From assembly GCF_009914755.1 (NCBI RefSeq), contig NC_060932.1: a stretch of 64,000 nt of DNA; one strand, 5' to 3'. The DNA comes from the human T2T-CHM13v2.0 reference genome, Homo sapiens. Position numbers and translations under genes: made by a program. Shown here one piece after another: positions 26,056 to 39,710 of this stretch (the first letter of the stretch is position 1; the number at the start of each line of letters is the position of its first letter). The notes beneath the pieces are model-generated. The model was not told the DNA's origin. It made no database searches and saw nothing but the letters and a program-made list of their open reading frames with translations.

Positions 26056-28879
26056 GAAAGAGAAACAGAGACTATATATATTAATCTATAAACATTTTAA
26101 CATTGTTGAGTAGGCTGATTAAAAATGTAAAGCTAAGCAAGTGTAGCTAAAAATCTTCACCTATTTGCATTTTTACGCCAAAATATGATTTCATGTTCAA
26201 GTATGAAAGAGGGATCAGTTATGCATTGTACATTGAACTCAAATTTTATATCTCAACAAGGGAAAACATCAAATTAAAAGTTTCTCATGATTCTTTTATA
26301 TAATAAATATGCATATTAAATTTCACAAGGCCTTTAGGGTATCTTTATTTTAGTCTATCCTATACTACTCATTCTAATAAGAAGCTATTGAAAATTTAGG
26401 TTAGGAAATGAAAGTTTTTAAAAGTAGCACATCAATCTGGGATAATTCATGTACAATCTTGTGAAATGGATTTGCTATACTTTAGAATAAAAAAGAAATT
26501 CAAATTAACGCATAATATCAAGTAGCTACAACTCTAAGATGTTAACTGTATGCTCTAAAACTGTTATCCTAATACAACCCTTAATAACAATAGTAACAAT
26601 AACAACAGCTACATTAATGGCTGTTATTTACTGTGAGGCTACACTGTGCCAGCCTCTTGCTACTTAGGCATAGCTAAATACACAATATTGAGCATGGGGG
26701 AATCAACTAGCTCAATGTCGCACAGCTAAGTTACAGGGCTTCAAGCCTCATGTGACTCTATGACTTATTTTTTACCTTCCTGCGCTTTCTTGTTGAGGAA
26801 ATCAATCTAAAGTCAGATTTAGGTATCAAGGAAAAGCATAGGTTTGCAGGCTAATGGAAGAGCTCCACAAAGAGCACTTTGATTCAATGTTGTTTAATTC
26901 TTAACACATCAAGTAACTGAAATTTTATCTTGTAAATTCTACCATATGAGAGTATTAATACAGTGATTCGTTTAAAACATATTTCATGACTTTCCTCTGC
27001 CAAAACTAGGTACCAAAACTTCATAAATTTTTAGGAACATCAACTTCGGATAGAAATGATACCCGACATTCTAAAAGTTTGACAGAACTTGGAATGACAT
27101 TTCATTTTCATTCGTTCTTTCATTCCTCATGTCTTCATTAACTTAACAAACATTTCTTGAATGACTGCCATGTGTAACTGCATTGTTAATCTTTTACAAG
27201 ATGTGTGTGATCTCAGTGATAGCAGAAAGCAGCAAAAATCTGAAGCTCACTTTCAGTCTAGACCATAGAAGCAATTCCCTCAACCATTAAAGTAATTTAA
27301 TCCCCCATTAAATACAGAATTTATTTCTAATGTTTAATTTTTTAATGTTTTAAATTTGTGTAATAAAGTTGAGCGATACCATTACTTATGAGATTCGAAT
27401 GATCCATGTGTTCTCAAAATCATTGTCACTCTGTAATACTCTAGAGTTATAACTAATTACAATTTTTAGCCAGGAGGGAAAGCATGAAGGAAATTATGGC
27501 GTCCATTTACGGTTAGAAAGTAAATTAATAGATCATCTTTATAAATAAGAAATAATCCAGCTGATACCCCTCTACAGTCAGGAACCTATAAATTCAATTT
27601 GCTAACACCTGTCAATAATATCAAAGTAGAAATTAGTAATTACAATATAAACTATTGGCTAGGGAAACAAAGGATATACTTCATTAGTTTCAGAAAAATA
27701 AGCCTCAATTAAAAAATAAATTATGGTTATGAAACCTATACTGTATTAAACCTTTGCGGAAAAAAATTTCTTGTTGAAATGGGCAGAATAGGACAAGCAT
27801 TTCTTAAATGCATTACTTCTTCTCTAACCAACCACTCACAACATCATGAAAATGTAAGGGCCAATTACAACAATAAATAGTAGGATTCATAGGGAAGAAT
27901 GATAGCACCTTCAGATTACATGGCATATTTGTTGTGGTCTATACTTTCTTGTTTCTTGGTTTTAAAGGACCAAAGTTAGGTATACGAATTTTGTTTAGGA
28001 AAATTCTTTAACCAAAAGGGCCAACACTGTAGAAATTTGTATCTCTTCATCCAAAGTAAACCATCTGGGTATGTGTTCAGCGAGTTTCCTCAAGTTCTTG
28101 TATCAGATCTTCAAAAGTCAATATAGCATAAATACTGATTTACATCTGTAGCTTTGGACTCATTAAAGCTCCAGAATTTAAATATTTCAGAGCTAAATAA
28201 ATTGGCTCTTGATACTTGGATCTAAACATTTGAAGAATTCAGTAACAACCTCATTAGAATTCTACCAGGACTTCCTCAGCCCTGGGGTTTTCCATCATGT
28301 TCCAGGCCATCACTGGTACCTCCTGTAAGGTATCAGAAGATGGCCTAGCTGTCCCACTGTGAAGATAAAAGTAGACGTGGCTGAGCTCCATGAATACTGA
28401 CAGGAGATATCTGGAGCTCCCTTACCTAAAGGAGGGTAGGGGGTACCATGGATAGCCTAATGGTATGATATGACATTCATGAGAAGTAACTACGAATAAC
28501 TATAAAACTAGACTTTCCTGTTGTCTCTTCCATCTTATGACTGTTACATGGAGTCATATCACCTTAGATCCTTTCTATAACATTAGTGAGAGCCAGCCTG
28601 GGTGGTCAAGATCAAAACATAGTAGATCAGAAATGCAAGTTCTCTTGATAATATTCCTGAATTGTAGGAACTATCAATATCATTTAGAGATGAGGAAAAT
28701 TAACAAGCTAGGCCAAGACACAAACCCACGTCTGCCTGACCCAAAGTCCTTAACCTGTCACACTCTGCCTGAGTTCTAATCCATTCCCAGAAATAACACT
28801 TGCATATCATAGGAATTCTAATCAAAACTCAAATTGAAATGTACATTCTGTTGGTCTCTAAATATTCTTTTCCCTTTGA

Positions 28880-29305
<426 letters not shown>

Positions 29306-30174
29306 TAGTTTGCTTCCTATTTAGTCATCTGTAATTATACATAATACTTGCAACAATCCAGCAAGGTAGAGCAAGTGTTTATGTCCTTTCACTTCACAGG
29401 TAAAGAGCTACTCTTGGAGAAATTTAAGTCATCAGAGGACACAAGATTAATAAATGTCAGTTCAAGACCATGTCTTTACTGCTGTCACTGTTGGAACCAT
29501 ACAAATCACCCAAGTTCATGCATTGAGTCTGCATCTAGGCTTTCTAACAGGTACCATTCAATGGCTTGTGAAACTGCTCCTCTGCTTCCCTCAACTCACA
29601 GGGAAAATCATGCTCAACCACTGCAATTACACAACTGGAAAGAAGCACACATTGCAATGCATAGAAACTGAACCTACCCCCACCTTCTGGCTTTTTGGTA
29701 ACATACTTGAAAAGCAGGATACAGATATGTGGAGCATTTTTTTCACAGCACAGTCATTTATCTACCCTGACATCTCTATTTTTTCAGTAAGAAAGAGTGA
29801 CTATCTATATAAAAAATATCAAGCCAATTCAGTCAACAGTATTTTTAAATGTTTTCATTTTCACTTACTGTGTTTCTAAAGGGTTTACCCATTAATGTAG
29901 TTTGATTTTTTTCATTCTGATTTAAAAGAATTAGGGATGCTTTTTCATCTTATTTTAGAAACTCAACCACTCCTGATTCTATTGTTGTCCACATCAAGAT
30001 CAGAAAAACAGTATTCCAATATTAAAATGTGATGAAAGCAACTGAATAACAATTTCACAACCAAGATCCTTGGTCAAAATATCAAAGCAAAGGAGGAATC
30101 TAAATGTGATCTTTTGTCATCGCTAACCATTGCCTAAGTAATAGCAACTCTGATAGAAATCTTTCTGTAGAGGC

Positions 30175-30610
30175 CAAATGCTCATGAATCAATGAGTGAA
30201 TAAAGAAAATGTGGTAGAATAAAGAAATGTGACAGAATACTAGTCAGCCGTAAGAAGGAACAAAATAATGGCATTTTCAGCAATCTGGACAAATTGAGAG
30301 ACCATTATTTTAAATAAGGTAACTCAGGAATGGAAAGCCAAACATTGTGTCTTCTCACACATAAGTGAGAGCTAAGCTATGAGGACACAAAGGCATAAGA
30401 ACAGTACAACGGACTTTGAGGTCTTAGGGAAAAGGTTGGGAGGTGGGTGAGGGATAAAAGACTACACATTGGGTACAATGTACACTTCTTGGATGAGAGG
30501 TGCACCAAAATCTCAGAAATCACCACCAAAGAATTTATTCATGTAACCAAACACAACCTGTTCCCCAAAAACCTATTAAAATAAAATAATAATAATTTAA
30601 CAAGAAAATA
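30175..30610 (+). mobile_element. L1PB-type 3' end
   Basis: gagggataaaagactacacattgggtac...gtgcaccaaaatctcagaaatcaccac...ccccaaaaaccta; TSD-like aaat(c)tttctg(t/a)ag. Confidence 0.88.
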
Positions 30611-30759
30611 AATTTTCTGAAGTAGCTTCTAAGTCAGACATTTTACATATATTTCTGAATTGATAGTAGGAACTATCAATACCTTTTAGAAATGAGAGAA
30701 ATTAACAAGAACTTAGGCAGGCTCACAGAGTAAATAAAAAGCTAGGTTAAGACAAACCT

Positions 30760-31064
30760 GGCCGGGCCTGGTGGCTCACACCTATAATCCCAGAACGTCG
30801 GGAGTCCAAGGAAGGCAGATCACCTGAGGTCGGGAGTTCAAGACCAGCCTGGCCAACATGGTGAAACCCTGTCTCTACAAAAATCCAAAAATTTTCCTGG
30901 CATTATGGTGGGTGCCTGTAATTCCAGCTACTTGGGAGGCTGTGGTGGGAGAATCACTAGAACCTGGGAGGTGGAAGTTGAAGTGAGTTGAGACCATGTC
31001 ATGGCACTCAACCCTGGGTGACAGAACAAGACTCAGTCTCAAAAAACAAACAAACAAAAAAAAA
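30760..31064 (+). mobile_element. AluS (Sq/Sx-type)
   Basis: Full dimer, (CAAA) tail. Confidence 0.93.
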
Positions 31065-33029
31065 CACCAATATGTGCCTTACCCCAAGACCCTCTATCCT
31101 ATTATATTCTGCCTCGGTATCTTTTCTGGAAGTTTGTATTCTTTCCAAATCTCAGAAGTCATATTTGCTTATTGTAAGTAAATTTAAATGTAAATCTATA
31201 TTCTAAAAGTTTCTAAACGGTCTTTTGCCTTTTATCTCTATTTCTCCTGGGATAACAAAATCGACAGTAGTGGGATTTTTATTTGGCTTCTCAATTATAC
31301 CAATGTCAGGCCTTGAGTGTACAAACCCCGTGAGGCCACTGCAGTTTCATTATGCACATCTTTATCAGGTTCAGCTCAAATAGAATACACCGGATTGAGG
31401 GCAAACAAGATCTTGATCTTGTAAATTTCACTATATGGCAAGTAGCACATTGATTCTTCATGCAAATAGCACAGGCTACTTAAAACCTAAATCGGTTTGG
31501 TTTAGAAGACTAAAATGATACTTTTAAATAGACAAATGTGGCATTCATATATATCACATGGTTATTATAGCAAGTGATAAAAAATTGAGTGCAAATAGAA
31601 AGGAAAATAAATGAATGGCCAAGACCTCTTACAGCCTGCCGTTCGGAAAGTCATTTTCAAAAATGCATATGATTTACCAGTGCTTCAAGATCAATAACCT
31701 CCTTGTCCATCAAAGGAAATATCCAAGAAATAACACTAAAATGATGTAAAAATAAATGAAATAACTATAATTTTGCAGTTTAATTACACAATTTACAAAC
31801 AATTCAAATGGATTCATTTATTCTACTTTATGTGTTATATAGCTTTTGCCTCAAAACTAGTTTTTCTTTTTTAATAAACTCCTTATGGGACTACGTTTAT
31901 GTAAGAAACAATAAAACATTTCTCATATTATTGCTTTATCTTTAGACTTATCACATATGAAATAAGAAAAATTTTGTGGCCATAATTAACTTTTGAAATT
32001 ATGACCAATTATAGTAGCTATCTACTCCTAGCATTAAACAGCACTTCTGTTACACATCTTACATCTCTTGAAAATTGCTGGAGAGAACTCTGTATATCCA
32101 ATGGTAATAAAGAGGCAGTTGATCACCTTAAGATTGTTTCATAATAATTATATAGAGTTGGAGCCACCAAGTACAGTACACAATCAATACATTCAAAAAG
32201 CCAAAGTCAAATAACATTTTCTCCAACTTAAAATTCAAAAAGTATGCAGAAGGGTTTTATTTTGACAACCGTGTGTAGAAGGAAAGACATGAATTAAAGG
32301 TACTTTAGATAGGAATAGGAAAATAGCATGAATTAAATCCACATTATCTGTAATTGCATTATTTTTATCACCCACCCACCAATAAAACACCTATACTTCA
32401 GTCAAATTGGGCAGCTTACTTTCTTCCTAAAAATGACTCAAAATTTTGGGCATTCTGCTTCACTGGAAATTGTGGGTATCAGAGGCTAGCTTTCTTGTGA
32501 AGTCTTTCGTCACCCAACTAGGGTCTTCCCTTCCTTTGCGACTCTCACAGCACTTCACAAGAATGAAACACCATACGATAGAAAGACTCATCTCAAGTCC
32601 TGCCCTCTGTATAAAGCCCTTCCAGACTTATCTTTGCGACCTTTCATAAACACCCCACATAATATTAATCATCTCTACTTTTTATGTTAACTATAGCCCA
32701 CATAACATCTACTATAATATTTTTAAAACCTCCAGCATTTAATTGTTTAACTACCACTCTGTCCCAAGAGAGGGGAACTATCTGTAGACAGGATTATATA
32801 CGATTCAGTGCCAAATCCCTAAAAATTTCACAGACATTAAAAAACCAGTTAGTGAAACCTGAATGAATGAACTTGGCCCTGTCTTTAAAATCTTTTATTC
32901 TAATTAGGTGATGAGAAATAAGCACATCTACAGTAAAGTTTAAAATAGAATTTTTTCATGAAAATTCAATTCTAAAAAAAGTTCAAGTTAACAGTGAAAC
33001 AGGTTGTCATGCCAGTTCATGACTCCCTG

Positions 33030-34125
33030 CAAAATCAATTTTTGGATTAAAGACTTAAATGTAAAACCCAAAACTATAAAAGCCCTGGAAAACAACGAAG
33101 GCAATACCACCCCGAACATAGGAAGGGGCAAAGATTTCATTACAAAGACACAAAAAGCAATCACAACAGAAACCAAATTGACAAGTGGGATGTAATTAAG
33201 TTTAAAAGATTTTGCACAGAAAAAGGAACTATCAACAGAGTAAACAGACAACCTACAGAATGGGAGAAAATATTTGCAAACTATGCATCTGACAAAGGTC
33301 TAATATCCAGCATCTATAAGGAACTTAAATTTATAAAAGAAGAACAAACAACCCTATTAAAAAGTGGGCAAAGGACATGAACAGACACCTACCAAAGGAA
33401 AACATACATGTGGCCAACAATCACATCAAAGAAAAGCTCATTATTACTGAGAATTAGAGAAATGCAAATAAAAACCACAGAGAGATACCATCTCATACCA
33501 GTCACAATGGCTATTAATAAAAAGTCAAAAAATAACAGATGCTGGTGAGGCTGTGGAGAAAAGGGAACGCGTATACACTGATACACTGTTGGTGGGAATG
33601 TAAATTAGTTCAACCATTGAGAAAAGCAGTATGGCAATTACTCAAAGAGCTAAAAGCAGAACTACCATTCGCCTCAGCAATCCCATTACTGGGTATATAC
33701 CCAGAGGAATGTACATCATTTTACCATAAAGACACATGCACACAAATGTTCATTTCAGCATTATTCACAATAGCAAACACATGGAATCAACCTAAATGCC
33801 CATAAATGACAGATGAGATGGAATACTATGCAGTCATAAAAAAGAATGAAATTGTGTCTTTTGTGGGAACATGGGTGAAGCTGGAGGCTACTATCCTCAG
33901 CAAACTAATACATGAATGGAAAACCAAATATTGCATGTTCTTACTGGGGTCTACTTGAGGATGGAGGGTGGGAGGAGGGAGAGGAGCAGAAACAAAATAA
34001 CTATTGGATACTGGGCTGGATACCTGGGTGCTGAAATAATCTGTAGAATAAACCACCATGACATGAGTTTACCTATGCAACAAACCTTCATATGTATGCC
34101 GGAACCTAAAATAAAAGTTTAAAAC
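33030..34125 (+). mobile_element. L1PA15/16-type ORF2 3' part and 3'UTR, decayed
   Basis: Translations [16 protein letters not shown].. and [19 protein letters not shown] match the L1 ORF2 C-terminus; frameshifts and stops present. Confidence 0.93.
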
Positions 34126-34139
34126 ATACCATCCTAGTT

Positions 34140-35760
34140 TATGGAAACAAAAACTACTTAGGGCCACGGTAGTCAGGGAAGGCTTTGCAGAAGATGTGAG
34201 AATGAGATCCATATTACAGGCTGAGTTGGTTGTGAGCAGTACAAAGGGGTTTCTGGGAAGGGCACCATCAAGAACTTCAGCATTTCTTGAGAGTAGTGAC
34301 TTACCCAATTAGGCTGCAGCAGAGGGTCATTTTAAGAAGAAAAATAAAGATAGGAAGGTAGGCTGCTTTTACTCTGGGGAGTCTTTTTTTTTTTTTTCTT
34401 GAGATGGAGTCTCACTCTTCGACCCAGGCTGCAGTACATGGCACCATCTTGGCTCACTGCAACCTCTGCCTCCTGGGTTCAAGCAATTCTCTGCCTCAGC
34501 CTCCGGAGTAGCTGGGATTACAGGTGCCCGCCACCACACTTGGCTAATTTTTCTCTTTTCAGTAGAGACGGTGTTTCACCATCTTTGCCAGGCTGGTCTC
34601 TAACTCCTGACATTGTGATCCACCCTCCTCGGCCTCCCAAAGTGCTGAGATTACAGGCGTGAGCCACTGCACCCAGCCGGGCAGAGTCTTTAATGAGCAA
34701 CTAAAGAGATTTTTTTTTTCTATTGTAGGAGTCATCTAAGATTTCGTTCATAATGGCATAATTCGAGGGGTACTTTAGAAAGGTGAATTTGACCTTAGTA
34801 TGCAAAAGGGGTCAGAATTGGAATGAAAGGTAGGATGGAGGATATGAATTAAAAATTTGCTGTAACAAGACAAATATAATCTAATAAGGATTTAGTAAAA
34901 TAGCTTGCAGAAAAAAGGAAAGAGTAAATGCAAGAGATATTGTCAAGAAATAACTATCAGCAACTACAAGACGAAGGGATGTGGGGCTTGAAAAGGCAGA
35001 CACTGAAAAGACAGTTGCTAGGTTCAAGCCTTTGCAAAGTGAGAGTTCTGGAATCACTGAAATATACAGGGACGTTAACAGAGTAAGCGAGATTTAAGAG
35101 CAGAAAAAGCTGTTTTTTTCCAGACACACCAAGTTTGGGTTGACAGCAGGCTAATCAGGCAGCAATGCTAGGCAAGCAATTAGAAAATTGGACCTTTGAA
35201 AGAAGGCTAGGCTAGATATTTAGCGGGAATAATTTTCTGGGATGAAGGCTGAAGACCTGTGAATAGATGATGTGTGCCAAAAAACATGAAAAATTAGAAG
35301 GCTAGACTGGAAACTAATGAAGTATCCATGGTTAAGGGACAGGAGGACAGAAAGGATCTGGTGAAAGAGACAGAAGAATAATCAAAGAAACAGCAGAAGG
35401 ATGAAAAGAGTGGGATCATAGAAATCAGGAAATAAAAGAGTCGGCAGAGAAGTGGAGCAGACTGCTCGGTGGTGCCCACAGGACAAGGAGATTTGGCACA
35501 ATGATCATTTTTGCAGTTAAAGCTGTGAGGTCAGGAATCCTAGAGAAGGCAGGTGACAGCAGCAATCACAAGGAATATGGAAAAGAAGGGTTGTTGAAAA
35601 AGTAGAAGCAGATGCTTTCCCCATTACTCAAATAGAAAATTTGGAAGTGAAAAGAAGTAGCCAGAAAGAACAGTAAGATTTAAATGAGCTTAAGAAACCA
35701 GAGCTTTTTTATATAAGGAGGGAAAGAAGGAAATGAAGGACATTCTGAAATAATCTGGAT
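34140..35760 (-). mobile_element. L2 fragments (purine-rich strand on +), split by an Alu
   Basis: gtcagggaaggcttt..., atccatggttaagggacaggaggacagaaaggatc. Confidence 0.6.
34384..34678 (-). mobile_element. AluS (Sg/Sq-type)
   Basis: Poly-T tail, dimer, TSD core gagtcttt. Confidence 0.93.
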
Positions 35761-36544
35761 AAGCTCAAAAGGAAGTTTGACATAGAAAACATACTTGTTA
35801 TAACAGAAAATGTATGTTGGGTAGTTTATCAATTTTAATACAAGTTTTTCAAAACTCTATAACTCTTAAGGAATATGGACTGGTGAATGTCTTTCATTTC
35901 CTTTGTTTGCTTAGCCTGCTTTCAGATTTCTCCAAAATCTTAGAAACACTGAATGTAAATTTCCTACTCTCTGATAGTTTTATGTGTCTACTAAATATTA
36001 TTTTCCTCTGTTAAGAAAGAGTAATAAAACAGCAAATAAAACACATTGGAAAACAGATACAGTGAGAAATAATGCCTTTCAAGGCCAAAATAAGTTCCCT
36101 GAAGAATGTGTAAAGAGATCAAAGACAGTAATCCTCAGGGTTTGCTGGAAAAGGATGATGAAAGCATTCATCAGAACCAGGCTAGTGATGCCATTGATTA
36201 TTCCCAATATAGATATGGCATATTATAGCAAAAAAAAATTATCATCAATGACGGCTATGATTTAAGACATAACATCTGACTAACCCATCCAAATAATTTG
36301 CTGGTAATCTGTTCTAATGACTCTTTTATATTTAATTATTAGCAGTTCCCACCTCATAGAGTGTTTTCCAGAAATGAGTTTATAAATCAGTTGTCAGAAA
36401 CTCAAAATGTATTTTTCTTTTTTTCCCCAAACACAGTATTACAAAAATAGTGATTCTCTTCCCAAAGTAACTTACAAAAGCCAATTTATCAGAAACAAGA
36501 TGCACTGTGAATGATAATTATCTCACTGAAAGTTCTAGAAAATT

Positions 36545-36730
36545 CTGTAAGGTAGGAATTATTAGTATCTTATATTAGCAATGTGTCAATTGAGGCATTA
36601 GAGATCAAGTGACTTGCTCAAGGTCCCACATAGCTATGACAGTATTTGCTATTACATGAAACCTTGAGCAAGTTACTTGACTTCTAATGCCTCAGTTGGC
36701 TCACAAACTGCAAGATGCTAATAATCCATA
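36545..36730. mobile_element. Two MIR cores in inverted orientation (- then +)
   Basis: tgaggc..aagtgacttgctcaaggtc.cacatagcta (-) and accttgagcaagttacttgacttct..gcctcagtt (+). Confidence 0.85.
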
Positions 36731-36826
36731 TATATACAGGGATACATATATATCCACATATATATGGAGTAGTATCTTATATAATTCCTATATATCCTAA
36801 ATATATATATACACATATCCCTATAC

Positions 36827-36860
<34 letters not shown>
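36728..36860. repeat. Degenerate (TA)n followed by (GA)10
   Basis: Directly visible. Confidence 0.9.
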
Positions 36861-36862
<2 letters not shown>

Positions 36863-37668
36863 TTGTTCCTAATACTATCTAAAAGGATTTAACATTTTTT
36901 CATAAATTAGTGCATTTGTTATGAAAAAACTGAGTTCTTCAGAGTGGTGTGGTAGAGGTCAAAGGAATCCTAGACTTGGAGTTCTAAGAAACTACTTCAA
37001 GTTCTCACCTTCACAGTCACTCATAACTTTGCATCACAAATATCTTTAGTTTTTCCATCTGAAAATGGATGATTTAGATTAAATGACTTCTAAAGCACCT
37101 TTTAGAGCAATAATTAAATGATTATAGGATGAATTTGTGTTGCATTGTCTTATGTACTTAGCTAGACTTGCAGGAAATATAAAATCCTTGTTTGTAAAAC
37201 TTTGAACGTTCTTTCACTTTCATAATGAATGTCGTTAGAAGAGAATTCTCTTGTAAGAGACTTCTGAGACTATTTGAAGGGAGTATTAAAAATTAAGGCT
37301 TCCGGAATCAAAAAGACCCATGCTCAATTTTCACATTTTATTCCCATAATCTCTTCTTTCATTTATTTTTATGGCCAAGCACAGGAGCAGCGAAGTTACG
37401 TGTCAGCATAATAGTAAAAAAAAAGTGACTTTCAGCTTGTGTTAAATACCTAAGTATAAAAAGAATGAAAGAATGAAAGAGAAAAGAAGCCAGTATTTAG
37501 TTCTTTTTGTGGGATAGACATTTTGCTTAAGTTAAATCACAATTCTGTAAGTGAGAAGATTGAAGTTTAAAAGATCTAATTAAATTGCTCAACACCACAT
37601 AGATATCAACAGACAAAACATAAGGCAAACTCACATATTTCAAGTTTGTCTTATCGTTGACCACCAGA

Positions 37669-38241
37669 AATGACAGATACCAGTAGTTGCCTTAAAAAAA
37701 AATTAATTTAAAAAAACTTTTTTTATACTCTAGCGTAGGCTGTACTTCTCCCAGCCCCCGGAAGTAAATATACATTGTTCTTAGCTAATCATGGGGGCTT
37801 CTCCAACTTTGCCAAGTCATAGGTTTAGTTATGAGCATAGGATGTAATTTTGACCAATTATATTTCAGGAGATGGCAGTTATGGAGTTTCTGGGAGGGAT
37901 TTACTCACACTATTTAAAAAATCATTTCTCTTCTTTCCCATCAGGTAATGTGTTTCGAAAACACAATACTTCTTACTCATTACCAAAACATAATGCTTCT
38001 TACCCATTATTTTATGATTCTAAGAGGACAAGTCTTTGGAATCACAAAACAAAAGGACAATAAGGAAAGGATTTCTTTTCAGAAAGGTAGAAAGAATTAG
38101 AATCCTACCATCATCGAGCTGCAGAATTAACTGTGGAACTGAACAAACTCTGGGTGTTTATGTGGGGTGATACGCATTTGCTATAGCCACTTTTAGATGA
38201 ATTTACTGTTATTTTCAGCCAAAAACACTGTAGCTGATACT
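37669..38241 (+). mobile_element. MLT1J-like solo LTR
   Basis: gacagata..agttgcct start; cttagctaatcatgg...tttgcca...ttttgaccaat; end cagccaaaaaca..ctgatac. Confidence 0.7.
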
Positions 38242-38244
38242 GTC

Positions 38245-39710
38245 TGTATGATATGAAGTCATTCATGGCTCTCTCTCCTCCCAATACATTATCCCATAAG
38301 CACTCTCTGTGATTCCTCTTCTTCAGTTTCCGTAATACTGTTCCTTCTCCAATTTCCCACTGTGTCCTTTATAACCCTACTCCATAACAACTTCCTTACA
38401 GTCACAGTCTGTTGCTCTGACTTACCCTTTGCCTCTGTGCCTTACTTGCAACCTGGCTCTTGGCTGTCTTCAGATCAATTACCTCCCAACAGCTGACTTT
38501 GTAACCACTCACTTTCACTCCCTGTCCTCTAGACCCCAAGTCTTTCCATCTTCCTGAATGACTTAAATACCTATGCAAAGTATGAACAATCCAATACTCC
38601 CTCATCATCTTGTATTGCTCATCTCTAGTGTACTTTATCACCCGTCCCTTGCAGACATCCACACCAGCGCCCATGCTCAGCTGCACCTCCTCTAGCTCTT
38701 AAAATCTAAACTTAAGCCACCTACTCTCTGAAAGCAATCTCCTATTGGCCGTTTCTTACTCAGTCACTCCCATTAAACCTTTTCTTATTTTATTTTCATC
38801 CAGTTTAGAACCCAACATCCAGCATTTCAATATCTTTGCCTCCTTTATTCCCTCAGTCTTCTATTGCCTTTGCCTAGAAATCTTGGATCAATCCAACTGT
38901 CCAAATTTTCCCCTGCAACACCCAGGCTTCTCTCTCTATATATATAGATATATACATATATAGATATAGATATAGATATAGATAGATATAGATATACATA
39001 GATATATAGATAGATATAGATATAGATATATATAGCTATATCTAGATATTGATGTATCTATACCTACACAGATATTCTATATGTTGATATCTAGGGGTTA
39101 ATAAAAAGAATTCCAGAACCTACAGATATCAACAGACAGAATATAATACATACTCACATACTTCAAGTTTGTCTTATCCTTGGCCACCACAAGTAACAGA
39201 CACTACTGGTTGCCTAAAAAAAAAAAAGTCCTTTACTTTTCTCACTCTAGGGTAGGCTTCAATTCACAATTAAATCAGACTCCTTTACCTTTCCCAATGT
39301 GCTTTCTGTGTTTTTGAAGTCTATTCTTTTTCTCATTGTCCATACAACTATTTCACATTATCTGCCACCTCCCATGAACCTCCTACTATCCTTCATTATC
39401 TACCCAACCAACCATCCCTTCATTCTGTGCTAAAGACCTGCCTCCAATGCAACAGTCAAAAGAGAAGGTCTCAGATAGGAACCCCTTCTGTGTCTTGCCA
39501 CACCGACTACATATTAACCTGCACCTCCACTCTTCCTTTCTTCCTTTTCACTGGAAAACAATATCATACCTTCTTCTATGTGATCATCTCTAAACTAGTT
39601 CTCTAGATCCTATTATCGCCCGCCTATGAATGGGACTGGTTCTAGTAATTATTTCCCAATATTCTTATATCTTCAACCTCTCCCCTTCTAATAACTACTG
39701 TTCATCAGCT
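38245..39710 (+). mobile_element. L2 fragments (pyrimidine-rich strand), interrupted by a microsatellite and a duplicated segment
   Basis: C/T-rich L2-like ORF2 relic, e.g. ttctctagatcctatt, tatcttcaacctctcccc. Confidence 0.55.
38929..39062. repeat. (TAGATA)n/(TA)n microsatellite
   Basis: Directly visible; contains the palindrome atatagctatat. Confidence 0.95.

Noticed and set aside
29348-29879. Two overlapping 107- and 141-aa ORFs
   Set aside because: No recognisable motif and no convincing flanking splice sites; begins in MIR-like sequence; consistent with chance
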